This document shows, piece after piece, positions 1-11,009 of a stretch of 26,649 bases of DNA; within the stretch, counting starts at the first letter, position 1; each line of letters begins with the position of its first letter. A program made the translations under genes and the position numbers. The notes beneath the pieces were generated by a model. That model saw only the letters and a list, made by a program, of their open reading frames with translations, was not told the origin of the DNA and did not search any database. Source of the stretch: Chiloscyllium plagiosum (lineage: Eukaryota); NCBI RefSeq assembly GCF_004010195.1, contig NC_057718.1:44926143-44952791 (forward strand), written 5' to 3'.

Positions 1-480
1 GTATTGACCTGTTTGAAGTATATTATGCCTTTCTAAGCATATTGTTAAGACCCCCTTGGTACTACATGCCAGCATTATCCCAATTGATATTAGATTAACT
101 GAGCTGTTGTCCCATGTTTTCTCCTTGTCTCCTTTTTGAAAAGTGATCCAATACTTGGCAACTTTTAATCTAATGGAACCATTTCCGAGTCCAAGGAATT
201 TAGGAATATAACAGCTAGTCATCCATAATCTTGGTGTTTATCTTTTTTGGAATACTGGACTATAGACCATTGGGTTCTCAGGATTTGTCAGATTTTAGTC
301 CCTTGCTTTCTGCAATTTTTTTTTCTCTCTCTGTCAATATTCATTTCCTTATTGTTTTTAGCCCCTAAATTGCTGTTTGCTCTGTGTCTCTGAAACTTGT
401 GTCTCCTTCTGTAAAGACAGGTATCAAATAAAACAAGTGCAATAACATTAAACGTCAGTGACTATTCTATTGCTATTACT
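1..480 (-). mobile_element. Highly decayed CR1-clade LINE ORF2 fragment
   Basis: Resembles the reverse complement of the CR1 pre-RT region (KSPGPD..HPRVLKE..W..ANV): 'caggatttgtcagattttagtcc' and 'acttttaatctaatggaacc..ccaaggaattt'. Similar to 21880-21975 and 26260-26330 in this window. No intact ORF. Confidence 0.55.
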
Positions 481-580
481 CTATCCCACACAATGCCGTC
501 AGGATATCATCCTGAGATTTTAAGTTATTGTCTCAGTCTATATTTTCAAATTGAGGAAAACTGTTCAATTAAGAAATATT

Positions 581-948
581 AGCAATGGCTCAGTGATTGC
601 ATTCTTGCCTGTGAGTCAAACAGTTTAGATCCCATCCAGGACTTGAGTACATAATGTTGACTGTCACTTCAATGGCACTGAAATATTAAATTGAATCCAT
701 GTGGATGTAAAAGATCTCATGACAAATTTGAAGAAAAGCAGGGCAATTCTCCAGATGCCCTGGGTAATATCCATCCCAAAAACAGAATTAAGTGTGGATT
801 ATTTGGTCATGCATCTCACTGCTCTTTGCCAGACATTGCTGGTCAGACATTGCCTGTTGTGCTTGCCTACCCTGACTAAGCTTCCAAATTAATTCAATTA
901 TTGTGAAGCACTTTGAAACATCCTGAGCATATAAATGCTACTATCTTT
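581..948 (+). mobile_element. Deu-domain SINE (SacSINE1/AmnSINE1-like), decayed
   Basis: tRNA-like head 'tggctcagtgattgcattcttgcctgtgagtca'; central Deu-like core 'ggatgtaaaagatctcatgacaaatttgaagaaaagcaggg..gattatttggtcat'; tail 'gtgaagcactttgaaacatcctgag..tataaatgc'. Recognised from memory of the DeuSINE consensus. Confidence 0.72.
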
Positions 949-1216
949 TGTTTTTAATTTTAGAAAACAGAAAATAATTATTACATGAACGATTTCTTAA
1001 ACTTTCAAAAGCACCAAACATTTCCTGAAATGAATGCTAGCTATTATTTCGCACCTAATATCTGTGTAGTTCAGTTGATGAGTTAAATATTCTTCTGAAT
1101 ACTAACAGCACAACACTGGCTCATCTATACTAATTTTTGCATCAGTTCAATTTTCAATGTCATATGCATGTAAAAATATATCATTATTCAATACTTGTTG
1201 TTTTATTTACTTCCAG

Positions 1217-1697
1217 AATTTGGGCTTCACTGGCTGGTCCAACATTTGTTGCCCATCCCTAGTTGCTAATGAGAAGGTAGTAGTGAGGAAGGAAGGTAGT
1301 CTTCTTGAATTGCTGCAATCCATTTGGTTTAGGTACATCCACAATCCCATTATGGAGGGAGTTCCAGGATATTGACACAGCAACACTGAGGTTTTAGATT
1401 TCCATTTCCGGATGGTGAGTGTCTTAGAGGGCAGCTTGCAGATGGTGGTGTTCCCATGAAACTACTGCCCTTGCCCCTATGCATGGTAGTGATCATTTAT
1501 TTAGAACTGCTGTCTGAGGAACATTGGTAAATTTCTGCAGTGCATTTTGTAAATGGTACATACTGCTGCTTCTGTGCATCGATGGTGTGGAGACTGAATG
1601 TTTGTGGATGTGGTGTCAATCAAGCAAGCTATTTTGTCCTAGATGGTGTCAAGCTTCCTGCTGTTGGAGTTGCACTAACCCAGGCAAATGGGGAGTA
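1217..1697 (-). mobile_element. 3' part of a CR1/L2-group LINE, left half (interrupted by MITE)
   Basis: Typical reverse-complement 3' end 'catttgttgcccatccctagttgc..gagggagttccaggat'. The sequence resumes seamlessly at 2600 (gggagTA | ttctatcacactcc). Confidence 0.7.
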
Positions 1698-2597
1698 CAG
1701 AGGAACCTCGATTATTGGAATGAGATGGGCGGGCCATATTTCCTTTGGATAATTGATTATTCGGTTATTTGATTCAATGCCTCTCCTCTTGGGCTTGGAG
1801 TTTTCTGAAGTTTCCTTTTTCCTCGCTCTGCCTGCCTTGCTCTCTGTCTCAGGGTTTGTTTCTGAGCAGACACACACTTGTGTGTAAGGGGCCAGCAGCA
1901 TTGCTGAAGCCTCCCACTTTCCCCCCCACCACCCATCAGTTCAATGGGATTGACACAGCGAACACTTGCTAAGTCCGCTCCCCGTTCAGGAGACTAGGCA
2001 GCAGCACACCATCTGCGAGNNNNNNNNNNNNNNNNNNNNNNNNNNNNNNNNNNNNNNNNNNNNNNNNNNNNNCCACCGACCATCCGCGCCCCTGCCCCTG
2101 TTCTACCCGGATACCCTGTCCCTGTTAGCACTCCGTCATGCCTCTCCACCTCCACCCCATTCCAGGGCAGCCAGACTGGATACCAACACCAAGATTGTTG
2201 CTGCCTTGGAGGCGGGGGTGGGGGGAGAGGGTGAGTCATAAAATACCATAAACACACATGCACCAACATACACATTTTTACTGCGACTTTTTGACAGGTT
2301 GCTCCTTTGCCCTGTACAGGACAATGTTGGGGAGATTATCTGGGGAAGGGCAGTTCAGAGTGTACACCCTGTGTAGAACTCCAGAGAGAGTTTGGGGAGA
2401 GAGAGAGGGCAGGAGGTCAGTCATTTGGAGACGGTGCCTGGACTCCCATTGATGTCTATGACCGTTCTCAGCAGCATTTCAGTAAGCCGAGGTCATTTTT
2501 AATCATCGTAAACAAAAGATGTGATTAGTGTTGGAAACACCTCTTCAGATAATCCAAAATTCAGATAATTGATATTTGGATAATCGAGGTTCCTCTG
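1698..2597. mobile_element. Non-autonomous Tc1/mariner-superfamily (Tigger/pogo-like) DNA transposon / MITE
   Basis: Perfect 18-bp TIRs: cagaggaacctcgattat (1698-1715) and ataatcgaggttcctctg (2580-2597). Flanked by TA (1696-1697) and TG (2598-2599, read as a mutated TA TSD). Subterminal gataat repeats at both ends. Splits a LINE; no transposase ORF. Confidence 0.88.
2020..2072. other. Assembly gap (53 N)
   Basis: Run of N inside the GC-rich core of the MITE. Confidence 0.99.
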
Positions 2598-2599
2598 TG

Positions 2600-2805
2600 T
2601 TCTATCACACTCCTGACTTGTGCCTTGCAGATGTTGGACATGCTTTAAGAATCAACAGGTCAGTTATTCACTGCAAGACGTCCAGTGTCTGACCTACTCT
2701 ACTGGCCTCAATACTTATATGAATTGTCCAGTTCAGTTTCTGGTCAATGGTAACCCCAGGATGTTGATAGTGAGGATTCAGTGATGGTAACACCATTGAA
2801 TGCCA
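2600..2805 (-). mobile_element. Continuation of the LINE split by the MITE
   Basis: 'tcacactcctgacttgtgccttgcagat..gtttctggtcaatggtaaccccaggatgttgat' reads on the minus strand as RT C-terminal motifs (INILGVTIDQKL, KAQVRSVIE). Confidence 0.75.
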
Positions 2806-3169
2806 CTTGGGGGAAGTAATGCTAAATTCCATTAACAAAATAATGCACCATTAAAGTTCATTTAAAGTTTGTGATGCTCATGAAAGTTGTTTATTCATGA
2901 AATAAAAGTGTTACCATCAATGTTAGAACATCAGTGGGAACAACTCTGTATACATGAACATTGTCTGCATTAATTCATTATGATTTAAATAGGTAGTGGT
3001 TTTTTGAAGACATTTTTCCACTTCTGCTCTCCCATGATGAAACAGAGCCTTAACAGAAAGGAATTGATTGATTTTCAGTGTGGATGGAACTAAATTGTCA
3101 GAGAGTTGATTACCATAGAGGGCTTTGCACAGATCCATCAATTGTAGAGAGATTGAATGCAGTCCTGTA

Positions 3170-3422
3170 GGAAGGGAAATTATGTAACATGAAACTCACA
3201 AAATTCTTACAGTAAGTGACAGGATGGATATAGATAGGATATTATAGATAGGGGTGACAATCAAGGCACAATTTCAGGATAATCTCAGGTCTTTTGCATC
3301 TGAGGGGAAATAGCTTCACTTGGAAGGTAGTGAAACATTGGAAATCTCCATCCCAGAAGCCAGTGGAAGCTCAAGCATTGATCAGGTTCAAGGCAGAGAT
3401 CGGTAGGTTTCTTGAGACTAAT
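3170..3422 (+). mobile_element. Decayed CR1 3' fragment
   Basis: ORF 3294 peptide 'RGNSFTWKVVKHWKSPSQKPVEA..FKAEIGRFL' matches the CR1 ORF2 C-terminus (FFTQRVV..WN.LP..VVEA..FK..LD). Confidence 0.75.
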
Positions 3423-3439
3423 TCTCTGAATTCAATTCT

Positions 3440-3679
3440 GTTTTCCACTTGCATGCCCATACTGCCTGCCTATCTATTTTACAGTGCAGTCAACTGATAC
3501 TACCCTCACTGTTTGCCACAAAGATGCCCACATTTTGAAATTCTACTCTGTATTCCACAATCTAGGTTTTGAAAATACATATACTTTATACATATAAAAA
3601 TGCAGTGGCTTGAGTACTGACCCATGGGGAACACTACAGCTTACTATCCTTCAGTCTTAAAAATAACTATTTCGCACAA
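3440..3679 (-). mobile_element. Old CR1 RT fragment (outermost element of nest, left part)
   Basis: 'gagtactgacccatggggaacactac' is the reverse complement of the (S)VP(H)GSVL RT motif. Confidence 0.6.
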
Positions 3680-3999
3680 CCTTCCACCATCTCCTCTGGC
3701 AGCTTGTTCCAGGCACTCACCAACTTTTGTGTGGGAAAACCTGCCTTCTTTTTTAATCTCTTTTAAACACATCTCTTTTAAACTTCCCCCCAAACCTTTG
3801 AGCCTGTGTCCCCTGATAACTGACCCCTCCACTCTGGGAAAATGCCTTGTACTTTCCGTTCTATCCATGCTATTCACAATCGTAGAAACTTGTATTAAGT
3901 CATTCCTTCAACCTCCTCAATTCCAGTGAAAACAAACCCAATCTATCCAATCTTCCTTCATAGCTAAAATACCTCATACTATGCAACATCCTGGTAAAC
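3680..3999 (-). mobile_element. CR1 LINE 3' region, left part (continues at 6712)
   Basis: Minus ORF 'MDRTE..FPRVEGSVIRGHRLK'. Ends at 'caacatcctggtaaac', which continues as 'gtaaaccttttctgtaccctctcc' at 6712. Confidence 0.8.
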
Positions 4000-6035
4000 A
4001 TCCTGTTAATTTTCCCAACAGTGACTGGGATACACTTAATGTCAGAGGTCTGGATGGGGTAGAATTTGTAAGAAGCGTCCAGGAGAATTTTCTACAACAG
4101 TATGTCAATAGTCCGAAGAGTGAAGGGGCCGTATTGGACCTGGTACTGGGGAATGAGCCAGGGCAGGTGGTAGAAGTTGTGGTAGAAGATTTCTTTGGGA
4201 ACAGTGACCACAATTCTGTAAGTTTTAGAATACTTGTAGATAAAGAAGAGAGTAGTCCCAAGGGAAGAGAACTAAACTGAGCCAAGGCCAATTATATCAA
4301 AATTAGGCAGGAGCTCGGAAATGTGGATTAGACACAGCTATTTGAAGGGAAGTCTACATTTGAGATGTGGGGTACTTTCAAAGATAGGTTAAAGATAGTG
4401 CAGGGTAGGCATGTCCCATTGAAGGCAAAGGATAGGAAGGGCAAAATTCGTGAACTGTGGATGACAGGAGAAATTGTACGACCGGCGAAGAGGAAAAGGG
4501 AAGCATACATAAGGTCTAGGCAGCTAAGAACAGAATGGGCCCTGGAAGAATATTGGAGGAGTAGGACAAGTGTTAAACGAGGAATCAAGCGGGCTAAAAG
4601 GGGTCATGAATTAGCTTTAGCGAGCAGAATTAAGGAGAATCCCAAAGCATTTTATTCTTATATAAGAAGCAAGTGAGTAACTAGAGAAAGGATTGGTCCA
4701 CTAAAGAGTAAGGAAGGAAGGCCGTGTGCCGAACCTGAGAGAATGGGTGAGATTCTGAATGATTACTTTGCATCAGTGTTCACTGAGGAGAGGAACATGA
4801 TGAATGTTGAGATTAGAGATAGAAGTTTGATTAGTCTGGATCATGTTGACATAAGTAGAGAAGATGTGTTGGGTAGGCTAGAAGTTATTAAGGTGGACAA
4901 ATCCCCCAGGACCGGATGGGATCTATCCCAGGTTGCTGAGGGAGGCGAGAGAGAGGAAATAGCTGGGGCCCTGACAGATATCTTTGTGGCATCCTTAAAT
5001 AAAGATGAAGAGCCGGAGGACTGGAGAGTTGCTCATGTTGTCCCCCTGTACAAGAAGGGTAGTAGGGATATTCCGGGTAACTGCAGGCCAGTGAACCTGA
5101 CGTCGGTGGTGGGAAAGTTGCTGGAGAAGTTACTGAGGGATAGGATCTATTTATATTTAGAAAAGAATGGGCTTATCAGTGATAGGCAACATGGTTTTGT
5201 GTGGGGGGATCGTGCCTTACTAACTTTATAGAGTTCTTCGAGGAAGTAACCAAATTGATAGATGAAGGAAGGATTGTTGATGTCATATACATGGACTTTA
5301 GTAAGGCGTTTGATAAGGTTCCCCATGGTAGACTAATGGATAAAGTGAAGTCATATGGTGTGCAGGATACTCTAGCTAGGTGGATAAAGAACTGGTTGAG
5401 CAGCAGGAGACAGAGAGTAGTAGTTGAAGGGAGTTTCTCAAAATGGAGAAAGGTGACCAGTGGTGTTCCACAGGGGTCAGTGTTGGAGCCACTGTTGTTT
5501 GTAATATGCATAAATGATCTGGAAGAGAGCACTGTTGGTATGATCAGCAAATTTGCAGATGACACGAGCATTGGTGGAGTAGCAGAAAGCATGAGGGACT
5601 GTCAGAGAATACAGGAGGATATATATAGACTGGAGAGTTGGGTGGAAAAGTGGCAGATGGATTTAAATCCAGGCAAATGTGTGGTGATGCATTTAGGCAA
5701 GACTAATTCTAGAGTGAATTATACAATGAACGGAAGGGCCTTGGGAAAAGTTGATGGGCAGAGAGATCTGGGAGTGCAGGTCCATTGTATGCTGAAGGTT
5801 GCCGCACAGGTGGATAGAGTGGTCGAGAAGGCATATAGTATGCTTGCCTTCATTGGACGGGGTATTGAGTATAAGAGCTGGCAAGTCATGTTAAAATTGT
5901 ACAAGACATTGGTTCAGCCGCATTTAGAATACTGTGGTAAAAACAATGACTGTAGATGCTGGAAACCAGAGTCTAGATTAGAGTGGTGCTTGAAAAGCAC
6001 AGCAGTTCAGGCAGCATCCGAGGAGCAGTAAAATC

Positions 6036-6063
6036 GACGTTTCGGGCAAAAGCCCTTCATCAG
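6036..6063 (-). ncRNA. Minimal type I hammerhead ribozyme motif (PLE-type), core intact
   Basis: Minus strand reads CTGATGA-A-GGGC-TTTT-GCCC-GAAAC-GTC: conserved CUGAUGA and GAAA boxes, 4-bp stem II, palindromic ACGT stem III, GUC cleavage triplet. Stem I is weak. Confidence 0.7.
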
Positions 6064-6080
6064 AAATACAGCCTGTATTC

Positions 6081-6108
6081 CTGATGAAGGGCTTTTGCCC
6101 GAAACATC
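6081..6108 (+). ncRNA. Minimal hammerhead motif, mirror copy with CpG-type change
   Basis: CTGATGA-A-GGGC-TTTT-GCCC-GAAAC-ATC; the G>A change breaks the ACGT stem III palindrome. Confidence 0.6.
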
Positions 6109-6711
6109 AATTTTACTGCTCTTCGGATGCTGCCTGTACTGTTGTGCTTTTCCAGCACCACTCTAATCCAGACTTTAGAATACTGTGTACAGTTCTGGTC
6201 GCCACATTATCAAAAGGATGTGGATGCTTTGGAGAGGGTGCAGAGAAGGCTTACGAGGATGTTGCCTGGTATGGAAGGTGCTAGCTATGAAGATAGGTTG
6301 AGTAGGTAAGGTTTATTTTCATTAGAAAATGAGGGGAGACCTGATTGAAGTTTATCAAATCCTGAAGGGTATAGACAGGGTGGATAAAGACAAGCTTTTT
6401 TCCAGGGTGAAGGAATCAATAATGAGAGGTCATGATTTCTAGGTGAGAGGTGGAAAGTTTAAGGGGGATACACGCGGCAAGTACTTCACACAGAGGGTGG
6501 TGGGCGTTTGGAACACATTGCCAGCTGAGGTGGTAGAGGCAGGCACGGTAGATTCATTTAAGATGCGTTTGGATAAATGCATGAGTAGGTGGGGAGTAGA
6601 GGGATACAGATGCTTAGGAATTGGCCGACAGGTTTAGACAGTACATTTGGATTGGCTCAGGCTTGGAGGGCCAAGGACCTGTTCCTGAGCTGTAAATTTT
6701 CTTTGTTCTTT

Positions 6712-7950
6712 GTAAACCTTTTCTGTACCCTCTCCTAAGCATCCATATCCTTCTAGTAGTGTGGTGATCAGAACTGTACACAATATTCCAAGTGTGGACT
6801 AACTAAAATTCTATGAAGCTGCAGCATAATTTGCCTATCCTTATACTCAATGCCTCTTCCAACGAAGGCAAGCATACCATAGGCCTTTTTTACTACCTTA
6901 TCTACCTGCGCAGCCACCTTCAGTGAAATGTGGACCTGTACACTCAGATCCCTCTATATATCAATACTCCTAAGGGTTTTGTCATTCACTGTACAATTTC
7001 CATCCATACTTGATCTTCCAAAATGCATCACCTCACATTCCATCTGCCATTTTTCTGCCCATGCCTCCAACTGATCTATATCCTGCTGTATCTTAACAAT
7101 CCTCCTCGCTATCTGCAACTCCACCATCTTTGTATCGTCCACTAATTAGACCAGCTACAGTTTCCTCCAAATCATCTTTGTAGAACACAAACCAGCAGAG
7201 GTCCCAACACTGATCCCTGTGGAATACCACTAATCACGACCCTCCATTCCGAAAAGCATCCTTCCACTGCTATCCTCTGTCTCCTACGGTAAGCTAGTTC
7301 TGTATCCATCTTGCCAGCTCACCCGATACCAGGTGACTTCATCTTTTGCACCAGTCTGCCATGAGGGACTTTGTCAACAGCTTTACTGAAGCCCATGTAG
7401 ACAACATCAATCGCTTTTCCCTCATCAATCATCTTCATCACCTCCTCAAAAAACTCCATCAACTTAATGAGGCACAACCCCACACAAAACTATGCTGTTC
7501 TATTTCTTTTAAGTCCATCTGCTTCTAAATGTGTATAGATCTTGTCCCTGAGAAGCTTTTCCAAGAATTTCCCTACCAACAATGTGAGGCTTACAGACTT
7601 GTAATTTCCTGGATTATCCCTGCAATCCTTCTTAAACAATGGTACAGCATTGACTATTCTCCAATCCTCTGGGAACCTCACCAGTGGCCAAAGAGGATAC
7701 AAAGATATCTGTCAATGCTCCAGCAATTTGTTCTCTTGCCTCTGTCAATATTCTGGGATAGATCACATCGGGACACAAGATCTTATCTACCTTAATACTT
7801 TTTAAGATGCACAACACCTCTTTGTTTTAAATAACAACTTGGTTTAGTTCAACACTCCCTTCCGTGAGATGGGCCTCCACAAATTCCTTCTCTTTGGTGA
7901 ATACCGACATAAAGAATTCATTTAGGACCTCACCTACCTCTTCTGTGCTC
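6712..7950 (-). mobile_element. CR1 LINE ORF2 (RT), continuation of 3680-3999
   Basis: Minus ORFs with DDTK, IQQDIDQLEAWAEKWQM, PEDWRIVNAVPLFKK..NPGNYKSVSL and IKVDK..PD.IYPRIL; disrupted. Confidence 0.9.
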
Positions 7951-8975
7951 CATCATTAAATGGTTCCTTAAGTTTCATCTGGTTAATGTCAATGCACTCT
8001 TTCATCAACAATGTCTGTTAATTCATCAACAAATGCAACTGTCAAGCACAAATTGCATTTTGCAAATTCAAGCTGGCTCTCCTTAATTAAGTCAAACCTC
8101 ACCTCATGCCTGATGATTTGTTTCCTATTATTTCCGAAGCCATTCCTGCCATTGATGTTAAATTGATGGCCTGTAGTTATTGGAGTGTCTTTACATCATT
8201 TCTTGAAGAAATGTATTACATTTATCACCCTGCAATCCTCTGGCATCACTTCTGTGTCGAGGCAAGATTGTATGATTAAAGAAGGCCTTTCACTGCCTTC
8301 CTACTGCAAACTGGGATGCTAACCCTCTACACCAAGTGACGGATGCACTCTCAAGCAAAGGCAAACTTGCAGAAGATACTGCCTCTCAATTTTCAACTGA
8401 TTCATTACCTCTACTCTTCTACTGATATTTTGTCAGCATCTTCATCTTTAGGAAACATGACAGTCGCATTAAGTATCCTCGTCTTGCCCAGTATTATAAC
8501 ATTTCTGTCTTTAAACATCACCCACTGCTCCATTATCATTTTTTCCTGCTAGTCTTCAGTTTCACTTTATGCTCGCTAGATCCCTACTCATCATTAGATT
8601 GCTTCTTATGTTTCCATCACTAATCTAAACCTTATGACTTGATGATCATTCATGCCCAACTGTTCCCATTGGTACCCAATATTCCCTCATAGACATTTGG
8701 TCCAGTTGACCCACGTCATTCCCCACTACCAGATCTATTGATGGTTCTATCGGGTTGGATCAAGAATGTACTAGACAAGGAAGGTTATCCTAAACGTATT
8801 TAACTTTCTTTTTCTTTGCTACCACCAATATCCTTACCCTTTAATATTAGCCCAATTGACTTTTCAGTAATTGAAGTTCTTAAGTATTACCACTGTATAG
8901 TCCTTGTGGATCTATGATTTCTTGTAGATTTGCTCCTCATTCTTTGTCTTCCATTATTTGGAGACCTATTAAACG
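7951..8975 (-). mobile_element. Old, highly decayed CR1 ORF2 (probable continuation of 3440-3679)
   Basis: Recognisable remnants 'caagctggctctccttaatt' (QHGF region), 'gatgttaaattgatggcctgtagtt' (NYRPI.LTS), 'gcaatcctctggc' (PEDW-like) and 'aattgaagt' (DFN). Confidence 0.6.
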
Positions 8976-8984
8976 TATTTGCCC

Positions 8985-9216
8985 AAAGAGTGGAACTCCA
9001 TGACCACAGGGAGTTGACAAAATTAATGATATTGAAGCATTTTGGGGCAAACTAAACAAACATATGGAGAAAAAGGCAATAGATGGTAATAATTATACAC
9101 TTAGATGAGCAAAGTTGGGAGCAAGATGAAAGCAAGCTAAAGTGGAACATCAACACTAGCATGGACTACTTGGGTTGAATGGCCATTTCCTGTGCTGTTT
9201 ATTCAGTATAATCCTA
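8985..9216 (+). mobile_element. Decayed CR1 3' end
   Basis: 'tggaactcc..' C-terminal remnant and 3' UTR 'catggactacttgggttgaatggccatttcctgtgctg'. Confidence 0.65.
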
Positions 9217-9289
9217 AAGAATTGGATTACGCAGGAAAGTGATCAAACCGTTCTTACTCAAATCCTACCAAATGGCATCCAGTCTTAAA

Positions 9290-10495
9290 ACAAAACCAAA
9301 TGAAGAACTGTGGATGCTGGAAATCTGAAACAAATACAGAAATTGTTGGAGAAACTCAGCACCTTAGGCAGAATCTTTAGAGAAAAAGCACAGTTAATGT
9401 TTTGAATTCAGTGACCCTTCTTCAGAGCTGTTTGTGGCTAAGAAGGGGTTGGTATATCTGCTGAAGCTGTGGTAAGGGGAGGAGTAAACGATAGGTGGAG
9501 ATAGCAGTTGGGCAGACAAAGGTAATAGTTAACGTGGAAGAATGAAAAGCTACTAATGGGGAACATTAGTGGCTCATAATGGGCTATTGTGGTGGCAGCC
9601 CATGTGATCACAAGGCCTGGGTTTGGGGTTCAGGGGAGGATAAGGAAGACGGTGTTCAGGACCTAAAGTGATTGAACATGATATTGAGTTGTGAAGACAG
9701 CAAGGTCCCAGCAGAAAATGAAATATGTTTATTGCAGCTTGTGCTGAGCTTCACTGGAGCACCGCAGCAAGCCTGAGACAGAGATGTTGGTCAAGGAGCT
9801 CGGTGGTGTGTTGAAGTGGCAAGCAACAGGAAGCTCAGGGTCATTTATATGGGCAAAATGTAAGTGTTCTGCAAAGTGGTTGCCATGTCTGTGTTTTGTC
9901 TCCCCAGTATAGAGGAGGAGCACATTGTGAGTGGTGAATGCAGTAAACTAAATTGAGTGAAGTGCAGGTAAAACACCAGGAAGTTGTGTCTGGGGCTTTT
10001 GATAGTGAGGAGGGAGGAAGTAAACAGGCAGGTATTGTACCTTCTGCAATTGCATGGGAATGTGTTTGGGGGTGTGAGGAGGAGTGGACCAAGGTGTCCC
10101 AGAATGGTTCCTGTGGAAGACTGACAAGAGAGGGGAGGACATTCTGTGAGGCTAATGGCAGCTAATGATCCTTTGGATGTGGATGCTGATGGGGTGGTAA
10201 GTGAGGATGAGGGGGATCCTATCAGTGGTGTGAGTGGAAAGAGAAAGGATGAGGGCCTAATTGTGGAAGATAGCTCAGACACAGCTGAAGGGCCTATCAA
10301 TCCAGTGGTGGGGGAACTCCAGTTGAGGAAGAAGGTAGACATTTCAGAGACCCCCTTGTATATGCTGGCATCATCGGAACAGAGGCAATGAAGACGGAGA
10401 AACTGGGTGAATGAATGGAGTCTTTACAGGTGTGAAGATGTATAGGTCACTATGGACGTTGGTGAGTTTACAGTCGATATTGATGATATCCACCT
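9290..10495 (-). mobile_element. Decayed Neptune-type Penelope-like element (RT thumb remnant, Cys linker, GIY-YIG, pLTR)
   Basis: Minus-frame peptides TFPCNCRRYNTC, FTCTSLNLVYCI..C, LLYTGETK..FAEHL..PVACHFN. pLTR at about 9290-9430 with a degenerate hammerhead (9391-9430). Confidence 0.88.
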
Positions 10496-11009
10496 GGTAT
10501 TGAGGTGGGCAGGCAAGTCCAATGGACCTCCCTATGTGTCTGCTCCTGGACCAGGCTAAAGTAGCCATTATAAGTCTATACAGTGGCAGTGGAATGGAGG
10601 AGGGTACAATAACTCCTGACTTCATACCCTTCTTTTGCAGTTACCACATGCCTATGTGTCTTTGGAGAGGGAAAGCTCAGTGTCTGATGGCATGCTTGAA
10701 GCTTTTAGAGGCTGGTGGGCACTGGGTTTTAAGGTGGGCTGGTTGGCACATTACTTCCCCCAGAAATGACACTTCAATTTGATCCCCTCCATTTCGTTCT
10801 ATTTATGTTGCACTAATGAGCTGTTTTGAATTTGCCTTTTGTAAATTTGGTTCAATTTACTTTTATTTTATCAAAATGGAGAATGTTCAAATGTATACTG
10901 TTTGGCTTTTAGTTTTTACAGAAAAGTTTTTAAATGAATATAAAGGAGAGTCATAGTTTTATAGTGTATGCATGGTTCATTGAAATAAAACTCTAACTGG
11001 AATATTTCA

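Larger units (their letters stand above)
5937..6173 (-). mobile_element. 237-bp fold-back Penelope-like pLTR insertion (non-coding hairpin plus 34-nt tail)
   Basis: 14-bp TSD tttagaatactgtg (5923-5936, 6174-6187). Inverted arms 5971-6071 and 6073-6173 with 8 mismatches in 101 nt. The arms match the termini of the GIY-YIG PLE at 15821-16906. Confidence 0.92.
4000..6711 (+). mobile_element. 5'-truncated CR1 LINE; frameshifted ORF2 (APE endonuclease C-terminus plus RT)
   Basis: Motifs NFPN.DW, LDLVL, SDH, KENPKAFYSY, QHGF, DFSKAFDKVPH, GVPQGSVL, FADD, YFTQRVV..WN. Tail (ttctttg)x2. TSD gtaaac at 3994-3999 and 6712-6717. Several stops and frameshifts. Confidence 0.95.

Noticed and set aside
5937..6173. 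Hairpin as a pre-miRNA or DNA-transposon MITE
   Set aside because: The arms match PLE pLTR sequence elsewhere in the window, and the ends are asymmetric because of the tail.
3981..6637. Long + strand ORFs (up to 276 aa) as an active RT gene
   Set aside because: Fragments of a 5'-truncated CR1 ORF2 with stops, frameshifts and a PLE insertion.
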